Positions 24,924 to 32,000 of a stretch of DNA of 32,000 bases are shown piece by piece. The translations under genes and the position numbers were made by a program. Source of the DNA: a metagenome. The notes below the pieces were generated by a model. The model saw only the letters and a program-made list of their open reading frames with translations. It ran no database searches and was not told where the DNA came from. The stretch lies in the sequence record Ga0255770_10000666; one strand, written 5' to 3'. The stretch's first letter is position 1, and each line of letters begins with the position of its first letter.

Positions 24924-25567
24924 ATGGCGTCGGTGGAAACGGCAAAACCGACGACGTCCCGTAGGCTGGGGTACGTTTTTCCGTTAAGCCCGCGTCCGAA
25001 CCTTCGACATGGAAATACATCCATCACGCTCGCTCGCGACGTATGACAACTCTGACTGACTCTCCAAAAAGATTAGGAAGCGTCCAACGCCTCGAACGAC
25101 GCGGCGGTCAAATCATCGCCGTCACACATGACGTGACAAAAACCGGTTACAAAGCTCCGAACGCGTACGGCGCCCGCAGCGTCTTCCAATCCGAAACAAC
25201 CTCTGGATTTTCCCAAAGCAAAGTCCTCGGCGCCGTAGCGTCCAACGCGCGCGGCGGCGCCAAGACATTGATGCCCTACACCCCAGACGCACCGAGAAAC
25301 CGCCCAGTGGCGACGCTCCGAAACACCATCGGTAAGCGTTTTGGTCCATCGACGTCGACGACGCGGTCTCGCGAACCTTATCGCGGGGCATCATCCATCA
25401 CCTTTACCGACGGTTCGTCCGCCAGTAGTCGTTCGGCGAGCCGATGGCGCACGACAAATCAAGTTATGCGCGCTCGAGCCTCCGTCGTCGCCACCGTCGG
25501 GTTCGAATCTAATCCCGGTATACGCGCGACGATCACGAGGAGGGTTCACGAGTCACAGAGACGGTAG
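24924..25567 (+). CDS. Candidate two-exon gene for a roughly 180-aa hypothetical protein; exons 24924..24970 and 25072..25567
   Basis: ATG 24924 is the first ATG after an ATG-free promoter-proximal stretch. The donor is GG|GTACGT at 24971, the branch motif is TCTGACTGAC at 25051-25060, and the acceptor is AAAAAG| at 25071. The splice joins in frame to track ORF 25043..25567. Third-position GC is moderately high. I recognise no family, and the protein is Ser/Thr/Arg-rich. Confidence 0.35.
24971..25071 (+). other. Candidate spliceosomal intron (101 nt, phase 2)
   Basis: It has a GTACGT donor, the doubled branch motif CTGACTGAC and an AG 11 nt downstream. This is the same grammar as the three homology-supported introns in this window. 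Confidence 0.35.
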
Positions 25568-25660
25568 TTTCACAGCCATCATTTGTTATGTAAATGTTAA
25601 CCGCCATCCAAAAGTGCACACAAAATCTCAAATTGCAATCCTCATTCCACGCCGCGACGC

Positions 25661-28600
25661 ATGACGCCGAACGATGACGCCGACGCACGCGATGTCGGCG
25701 AACGACTCGATGGGTACCACGAGACGCGAGGCGGGATCGAGCGTCGCGCGCCACCGGTGAACGCGTCGAACCCCGCGCCGACGACGAACGCTGTTGGGTC
25801 TTCAGTGCTCGGCTTACAAGCGCTCGCCGCGGCGAAACGCGCCGAGAAACGCGCGCGTGAGGGCGACGACGGCGACGACGGATCGTTCGCGAAACCGCGC
25901 GATCGCGGGTCGGGGTTTCGGGACAGGTGGCGCGACGGTGATGGGAAAACGACGACGATGTTTCGGTCGAGGAGGGACGAGACGCCGTCGCACCCGGGCG
26001 GAGTGAACGCGCGCGCGAAGGAGGCGATCGACAAACGACGTAAAGACGCGAGATTCGGGCGTGGGTTGCGTGGGGATGATGATTTCGATCGGTATCGGGA
26101 GCGGAATGACGACTATGGGCGAGAGCGTGGGAGAGGGCGGTGGAGAAGCGAAGGCAAAGGCGGCGACGGGGAGTGGGAAGAGACGCCAAGGAGGGATCGA
26201 GACGGACGGATGATGACGCCGAGGTTCGGTAAACGCGGGGATTGGGAGGACGATGGTGTGCGGGCGTCGCGACCGTCGACGGATCGTTCGCGCGGGGGAT
26301 ACGGGAGCTCGAGTCGGAGGTCGCATTCGTCAAGGTTTGATTTCGACGGGACTCCGGCGGCGACACCGTCGTGGAAGTCAAACGCATGGGCGAGCGATGC
26401 GATGTCGAATGCGAATAGGTTTGTTACCGAGGGCACGGAAGTTGTTGCCGAAGATGACGATCGCGCCGCAGCGCTCGCGCCGGATGCCGATGCGGAGAAG
26501 GTTTTGGATCGAGCGTGGTACGACGACGATGAAGGCGGCGGGGCGCACGGCGATGCGCACAATCCTTTCAGCACGAGTCTGCGCGACGAGGCGCGATACG
26601 CCAAGAAGGAGCAAGATTACGCCAAGAGACTCACGCGCCGAGACGGTTCGTTGATGTCCATGGCGGCGTCGAGACGTGTTAGTCAGCTCAACGCTGATTC
26701 CAACCAGTGGGAAGAAAACCGAATGATGACCTCTGGTGTGATTCGTATGAAGGAGATTGATCTCGATTTCGACGACATGGAGGAGAACAAGGCGGTGTTA
26801 CTCGTGCACGACACCAAGCCCCCGTTTTTGGACGGTCGCATGGTGTTCACTAAGCAACAATCTACCGTTTTACCCGTCAAGGATGTCACGAGCGACATGG
26901 CGCTCATCGCTCGCAAGGGTTCCAACTTGGTTAAGGAGGTGCGGGCGAAGAGAGAGGAAGACAAGGGCAGGGACCGATTCTGGGAGATGAAGGGGTCGAA
27001 GATGGGCTCCATCACCGGGACGACGAAAGAGGAAGATAAAGAGGCGGCGGAGAAGGCTGCAGCTGTGAAGGATCGCGATGATGACAGACCCGACGTGGTT
27101 GGCGCCGACGGCGAAATCGACTTCAAGGCGGGCGCGAAATTTGCCGAGCACATGAAGAGCGCCAAGGCGAGCGCGCAGAGCGAGTTCGCCAGGACCAAGT
27201 CCATCAAAGAACAACGTGAGTTCTTGCCCGTGTTTGGATGCCGCGAGGATCTCATGCATGTCATTCGTGAAAACCAAATTGTCGTCGTCGTCGGCGAAAC
27301 TGGTAGCGGCAAGACGACGCAAATGACGCAGTACATGCACGAGGAGGGTTACTCGACGTTCGGTATGATTGGTTGCACGCAGCCGCGTCGCGTGGCAGCC
27401 ATGAGCGTTGCGAAGCGCGTGAGCGAAGAGATGGGGTGCGATTTAGGCAAAGAGGTTGGATACGCCATTCGTTTTGAAGACTGCACGGGCGAGGACACGC
27501 TCATCAAATACATGACGGATGGCGTGCTCTTGCGCGAGACGCTGCGAGAACCAGATTTGGATATGTACAGCTGCATCATCATGGACGAAGCGCACGAACG
27601 TTCCCTACACACTGACGTCTTGTTTGGTATTCTTAAAAAAGTTGTCGCGCGTCGCCGCGACTTCAAACTTATCGTCACATCGGCGACGTTGAACGCAGAT
27701 AAGTTTAGCAACTTTTTCGGTTCGGTACCGATTTTCCACATTCCTGGTCGCACGTTCCCGGTCGAAGTGCTCTACTCGAAAACCCCGGTGGAGGATTACG
27801 TCGAGGCAGCGGTGAAACAAGCGCTCTCGGTGCACTTGTCCTCGGGTCCGGGTGACATTTTGATCTTCTTGACGGGTCAGGAGGAGATTGAGACGGCGAC
27901 GTACGAGCTTGAACATCGCGTCGCGACGCTCATGAGCGAAGGCACGTGCCCACCGCTCAACGTACTGCCGATTTACTCCCAGTTGCCGAGCGATTTGCAA
28001 GCGAAGATTTTCCAAGACGCCGAGGACGGCAACAGAAAGTGCGTCGTGAGTACAAACATTGCGGAAACATCGCTCACGCTTGACGGCGTCATGTACGTCA
28101 TCGACACTGGTTACTGCAAGCTCTCCGTCTTCAACCCGCGCATGGGTATGAATGCTCTGCAGGTGTTCCCGTGTGCACAAGCCGCGGTGAATCAGCGTTC
28201 TGGTCGCGCCGGTCGTACCGGCCCAGGTACGTGCTACCGCCTCTACACCGAGGTGGCGTACAAGCACGAAATGCTCGTCTCCACCGTTCCAGAGATTCAA
28301 CGCACCAACCTCGGCAACGTCGTCTTGTTGTTGAAATCGCTCAACGTCGACAACTTGTTGGATTTTGATTTCATGGATCCTCCACCGCAGGAAAACATTC
28401 TCAATAGTATGTACTCGCTGTGGATTCTCGGCGCGCTCGACAACACGGGCGGTCTCACGAAACTCGGTTCGAAAATGGTTGAGTTTCCGGTGGATCCTCC
28501 GTTGGCGCAAATGCTCATCAAGGCGGAGGAGGCCAACTGCTCGAACGAAATGCTCACGGTGGTGGCCATGCTTTCGGTGCCTTCCGTGTGGTACCGCCCG

Positions 28601-29380
28601 AAAGATAGAGAGGAAGAGTCGGACTCGGCGCGAGAAAAGTTTTTCGTTCCAGAGAGCGATCACTTGACGCTTTTGAATGTCTACCAACAGTGGAAGAACA
28701 ACGGCTACCGCAACGAGTGGTGCAACAAACACTTCATTCAAGGTAAGGGTTTGAAGAAGGGCCGAGAAGTTCGTGCGCAGTTGACAGACATTATGAATCA
28801 ACAAAAGATTCAAATCGTCAGTTGCGGTCAAGATTGGGACGTTTGCCGTCGGTCCATCGCGGCGGCGTACTTTCATCAAGCGGCGCGTCTAAAGGGCGTG
28901 GGTGAATACGTAAACGCGAGGAATGGCATGCCGTGTCATCTCCATCCGAGCTCGGCTCTGTACGGTTTGGGATACACCCCCGATTACGTCGTGTACCACG
29001 AACTCATCATGACGTCCAAAGAGTACATGCAATGTGTTACCGCGGTCGAACCTCAGTGGCTTGCCGAGTTTGGTCCAATGTTTTTCACGCTCAAGGAGAG
29101 CCATTCGAGCATGTTGAAATCCAAGGCAAAACGCAAGGAGGACAAGGCTCGCATGGAAGCTGAGATGAAGGCTAAAAGAGAAGAAGACGAAGAGCGTGAA
29201 GCGTCCGAGCGCGCGCGCGATGAAGATCGGCGCGCACGACAACGAAGCGCGATCGTCACGCCTGGGCAGCGTTCCATTGCGGGGACGCCGAGAACGTCAT
29301 CTGGCGCGTCCCGCCCGTCGACGGGTTCTCGCGGCGGTCCAGGCGGTCGAACCCCGGCGCGAAGACGCTTTGGATTGTAA
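25661..29380 (+). CDS. PRP16: Pre-mRNA-splicing factor ATP-dependent RNA helicase PRP16 (DHX38), DEAH-box
   Basis: The sequence is collinear with human DHX38 as I recall it. Matches include [117 protein letters not shown] and [22 protein letters not shown]. The PRP16-specific C-terminal ending TPARRRFGL corresponds to human TPARFGL. The N-terminus is an Arg/Asp/Gly-rich RS-like region. Confidence 0.95.
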   Translation: MTPNDDADARDVGERLDGYHETRGGIERRAPPVNASNPAPTTNAVGSSVLGLQALAAAKRAEKRAREGDDGDDGSFAKPRDRGSGFRDRWRDGDGKTTTMFRSRRDETPSHPGGVNARAKEAIDKRRKDARFGRGLRGDDDFDRYRERNDDYGRERGRGRWRSEGKGGDGEWEETPRRDRDGRMMTPRFGKRGDWEDDGVRASRPSTDRSRGGYGSSSRRSHSSRFDFDGTPAATPSWKSNAWASDAMSNANRFVTEGTEVVAEDDDRAAALAPDADAEKVLDRAWYDDDEGGGAHGDAHNPFSTSLRDEARYAKKEQDYAKRLTRRDGSLMSMAASRRVSQLNADSNQWEENRMMTSGVIRMKEIDLDFDDMEENKAVLLVHDTKPPFLDGRMVFTKQQSTVLPVKDVTSDMALIARKGSNLVKEVRAKREEDKGRDRFWEMKGSKMGSITGTTKEEDKEAAEKAAAVKDRDDDRPDVVGADGEIDFKAGAKFAEHMKSAKASAQSEFARTKSIKEQREFLPVFGCREDLMHVIRENQIVVVVGETGSGKTTQMTQYMHEEGYSTFGMIGCTQPRRVAAMSVAKRVSEEMGCDLGKEVGYAIRFEDCTGEDTLIKYMTDGVLLRETLREPDLDMYSCIIMDEAHERSLHTDVLFGILKKVVARRRDFKLIVTSATLNADKFSNFFGSVPIFHIPGRTFPVEVLYSKTPVEDYVEAAVKQALSVHLSSGPGDILIFLTGQEEIETATYELEHRVATLMSEGTCPPLNVLPIYSQLPSDLQAKIFQDAEDGNRKCVVSTNIAETSLTLDGVMYVIDTGYCKLSVFNPRMGMNALQVFPCAQAAVNQRSGRAGRTGPGTCYRLYTEVAYKHEMLVSTVPEIQRTNLGNVVLLLKSLNVDNLLDFDFMDPPPQENILNSMYSLWILGALDNTGGLTKLGSKMVEFPVDPPLAQMLIKAEEANCSNEMLTVVAMLSVPSVWYRPKDREEESDSAREKFFVPESDHLTLLNVYQQWKNNGYRNEWCNKHFIQGKGLKKGREVRAQLTDIMNQQKIQIVSCGQDWDVCRRSIAAAYFHQAARLKGVGEYVNARNGMPCHLHPSSALYGLGYTPDYVVYHELIMTSKEYMQCVTAVEPQWLAEFGPMFFTLKESHSSMLKSKAKRKEDKARMEAEMKAKREEDEEREASERARDEDRRARQRSAIVTPGQRSIAGTPRTSSGASRPSTGSRGGPGGRTPARRRFGL

Positions 29381-29467
29381 GCGCGCGGGTTCACAAAGTA
29401 GAAGTTGACGAATTGATTTTTCTTTTGTAGTGTTTATAGCTAGAAGTTAACAGCCTTTTACAAACGC

Positions 29468-31897
29468 CTAACTCTGCACCGAGAGTCGCTTGAGGTGGTC
29501 CATGAAAATTTGCAAGCTCACGTCGTCGGTGAAAATGATATCGCTGCCCCCACCCATCGATGCACTGCTATTGTACGTCGCGCTCGGGTTGAGCTTAGCC
29601 AACAAGAATCGTGCCTGCGAGCCGTGCTGGTCGCAAACGACCAAGCGCGGGACAGGGAAGCGAGTCGCAAGGATTTGATCAGCCTCCGCCTTGGGAGCGG
29701 CGAGCAACTCTTTGAAAGCCACGTGCTCAGGTTGATCTTGGTAGTTCGCCTTGCGCCATTGTGCTATGGTCATGCCGTGGAAAACCACGACGCTAAAGAA
29801 GGCGTCGAGAACCAAGATGCGATCGGCGGCGATCGAGCACACGTCCAGCAAAACGGGCTCGGGCGGTCCGTTGAAACTGTATGCGGTCAGCGTCGGTTGG
29901 ATCATCACCAGAGAGTTGTACACATTCTCACGCGTCAGAATCATGCGGAAATACGCCGTCTCATCGGGTGAGTTGTTGAACACTTGGACAAACTGAGATC
30001 GTCGCAAGTTGAACATGAACTGAGGGTAGATGCTAAACTGCGGCATGAGTTGGAACGAGTGCGGATCGTCTTTTCTGTAATCGCCAAATCGCTGGCAGAG
30101 TTGGATGAGCTTTCTATCCAACCATCGCGTTGCCGCAGGACAATCCGTCTCTTCTTCCGTCTCCATCTTCCAGGACAATTGTCGCGCCACGAGAACAGCC
30201 GCTGCTTCTTGGTCGAAACCGGCGGCGATGTCGTTCAAGTTGGCACCTTCGGTCCATCTTCTACTCGTGGTGATGACGCGCATGCGCGTCTCACCATTCG
30301 GCAAGGTGAAAGTACACAAAAATTGGAGGAAGAATTGCTGCGCTTGCTGGCCTTGCATAGCCATGGGCTGTTGTTCTTTTCCACCCGGATTAGCAACTTC
30401 AAAGTACACCGCCAAGGATGTCTCATTCGTCAGAGTACACATCTTCCAAGCCGTGGTGCCTCCGCTGCCTATTTGCACATCGGACACCGCTCCCGGCAAA
30501 CCCTTGCGGTCGAGCGCCGCGCAAGGTCCGATGACCCCGGCCGTCTTCACGTCTCTACTCGTGATGACCTCAAACTGGCCGTTGTACGAGATTCCTAAGC
30601 CACCATCCGCATCTGGGGCGAAAAGCTTGCTAAAGGATGTCCTGAAGACGGTGTGCGAAAACGACTCTGCCAACACCACGTTACCTCCCGTTTTCTCAAC
30701 GCAAACTTTCATCTCAGCGAGACCAACCTGATCTAACGCGCAGGCGAACACATCTAGAACGTGTCCGTTCGCGCACAGGTTGATGGCCACCTGCTCGTAA
30801 TACTTTTTCGCCTTGGCGTAAAAGGGCGCCGCGCCCTTGACTATGTCCTTGTGCGAGCGAACCGCTTGCTCCATGTCCTTGGCGACAATCGTACCGCCAC
30901 CATCCGTGGCGGCGCCGCCGGTGAACAACATCGCCCGCGCACTCATTCCAATGGCAGACATGGAGAGCAAGCAAGACGCCACCATAAGCGCAGTGCCCGT
31001 GCATCGCGAACGTCTACACGCCGGCAATGGCGCAAAGGCGTCGCGGTTCAATTCTTCCAAAATCGCCGTCAACTGAAACTCGCACTCGCTCAGCGGCACT
31101 AAAAACTTGGACCCGACCGGCATCGGCGACGCGCCACCCCCAGGTCCCACCGCCGCACCGTTCGGATGTCTTCCGTTCATCTGTCTATTTCCCCCGCCAA
31201 GCGACAGCTGGTCTTTAATCTGCTGTGTCGTAAACTCTTTATTTCCCCGAAACACGTACGACTTTGGACAATCCGTAAACCCGAGTTCATGCACGTGCAC
31301 GTGCGTTCCAAACGTCACCAACCCAACCAACGCATCTTCCGGCAAAAAGCTCAACGCTTGCGTCAGCGCTTGTTTCAACGCTCGCAACTCTTCCTCCTCT
31401 GCGCACTGATCCACCACAAACAAATACGCCGGTGACGTCGACCCCGCCGGTCCACCGCGTCTCGGCACCACGTACTCAATCGTCGTATAGCTCGGAAACA
31501 ACTCTGCGGGTAAATTCGTCTCGCTCAACGCCCCGTAATGCGGGGGGAAGTGGTTTCTCGCGTGACACATTGGACACACCCAGATCTTACTCGCAAAGTC
31601 CACCCTCGCGTACGGATTCAACGCACCGCCGCATCCTTTACATCGCACCGGTTCGTACGGAACCCTCGGGACGGTTTCCGCCGGGATGTTTTTCGCCGGC
31701 GTCACCACCGCACCGAACGGGACGACGCACTTGGCCATCTCGGCGCGGGAGTTCGCGACGACGTTCCAGGACATTCGCACCCCATCGTTCGCTTCGAGCG
31801 CCGACCAATCCACCGCGGACTGTTGCTGCGGTTGCGGTTGGTGTTGCTGCGCCGCGGGCGCCGCGGCGTACGCGGACGGATCGTACGCCGCGGACAT
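29468..31897 (-). CDS. SEC23: COPII coat protein SEC23
   Basis: [30 protein letters not shown], the zinc finger [37 protein letters not shown], the trunk, beta-barrel and helical regions, and the gelsolin-like C-terminus ([51 protein letters not shown]) are all present in order. The ATG at 31897 was verified. Confidence 0.95.
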   Translation of the reverse strand: MSAAYDPSAYAAAPAAQQHQPQPQQQSAVDWSALEANDGVRMSWNVVANSRAEMAKCVVPFGAVVTPAKNIPAETVPRVPYEPVRCKGCGGALNPYARVDFASKIWVCPMCHARNHFPPHYGALSETNLPAELFPSYTTIEYVVPRRGGPAGSTSPAYLFVVDQCAEEEELRALKQALTQALSFLPEDALVGLVTFGTHVHVHELGFTDCPKSYVFRGNKEFTTQQIKDQLSLGGGNRQMNGRHPNGAAVGPGGGASPMPVGSKFLVPLSECEFQLTAILEELNRDAFAPLPACRRSRCTGTALMVASCLLSMSAIGMSARAMLFTGGAATDGGGTIVAKDMEQAVRSHKDIVKGAAPFYAKAKKYYEQVAINLCANGHVLDVFACALDQVGLAEMKVCVEKTGGNVVLAESFSHTVFRTSFSKLFAPDADGGLGISYNGQFEVITSRDVKTAGVIGPCAALDRKGLPGAVSDVQIGSGGTTAWKMCTLTNETSLAVYFEVANPGGKEQQPMAMQGQQAQQFFLQFLCTFTLPNGETRMRVITTSRRWTEGANLNDIAAGFDQEAAAVLVARQLSWKMETEEETDCPAATRWLDRKLIQLCQRFGDYRKDDPHSFQLMPQFSIYPQFMFNLRRSQFVQVFNNSPDETAYFRMILTRENVYNSLVMIQPTLTAYSFNGPPEPVLLDVCSIAADRILVLDAFFSVVVFHGMTIAQWRKANYQDQPEHVAFKELLAAPKAEADQILATRFPVPRLVVCDQHGSQARFLLAKLNPSATYNSSASMGGGSDIIFTDDVSLQIFMDHLKRLSVQS

Positions 31898-32000
31898 TCG
31901 TGTCGGGCGTCCGGCGCGCGCGCGTGTGCGGCTCGACGTCGACGAACACTCATTCGATCGTTGAGATCACGCGTCGCGAGTGATAAAACCAGAAAATCGG

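Noticed and set aside
25421-25530. tRNA-like fragments on the plus strand: GTAGTCGT...GCCGATGGCG (reminiscent of a tRNA-Ser 5' half) and GGGTTCGAATC (T-loop-like).
   Set aside because: There is no complementary 3' acceptor strand, the T stem does not pair (TCGGG versus CTAAT), and no cloverleaf can be drawn. I treat it as coincidence. A degenerate tRNA-derived relic cannot be excluded without a covariance-model scan.
25073-25530. A minus-strand frame that is open for about 150 codons apart from a single in-frame TGA (context GDG-TGA-CP), considered as a possible selenoprotein because picoalgae encode many.
   Set aside because: The frame has no ATG, is Arg-rich upstream, and has no recognisable CxxU/UxxC or other selenoprotein context. 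I could not identify a SECIS-like element by eye. Plus-strand intron signals favour a plus-strand gene. SECISearch or Seblastian would settle it.

Overview
This window looks like compact, GC-rich nuclear DNA from a picoeukaryotic green alga. An Ostreococcus/Micromonas-type (Mamiellophyceae) origin is my inference from gene content, codon bias, about 100-nt introns and very short intergenic spacers; I cannot confirm it without a search. It is not prokaryotic. There are no operons, CRISPR arrays, rRNA genes or recognisable transposons.

Roughly 80% of the window is coding by my coordinates. I call 14 well-supported protein genes:
- KRI1
- squalene epoxidase
- TRAPP BET3
- a LETM1-like protein
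- an S33 proline iminopeptidase-like hydrolase
- a DEAD-box helicase
- ribosomal protein eL33/RPL35A
- NDUFAF6-like
- CEP104-like
- a class-3 lipase
- an orphan protein
- a TPR + RING-H2 protein
- PRP16/DHX38
- SEC23

I also call two low-confidence small genes and one intron-containing tRNA-Pro(CGG).

The ORF track opens many ORFs at GTG/TTG/CTG, so I re-anchored starts on real ATGs. I also reconstructed introns the track cannot show: three in homology-supported genes (iminopeptidase, RPL35A, CEP104-like) and one in a candidate gene.

I found no convincing large undescribed system; the gene content is mostly housekeeping. The points worth a second look are:
- a recurrent splice grammar with a doubled CTGACTGAC branch motif
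- a CEP104-like gene with a missed first exon and a TPR C-terminus
- an orphan with a beta-barrel-like C-terminus next to an unusually long, repeat-rich, ATG-free intergenic region
- recurring intergenic 11- to 14-mers
- two possible unannotated small genes
- the intron-bearing tRNA-Pro

All homology statements come from my memory of family motifs, not from database searches.
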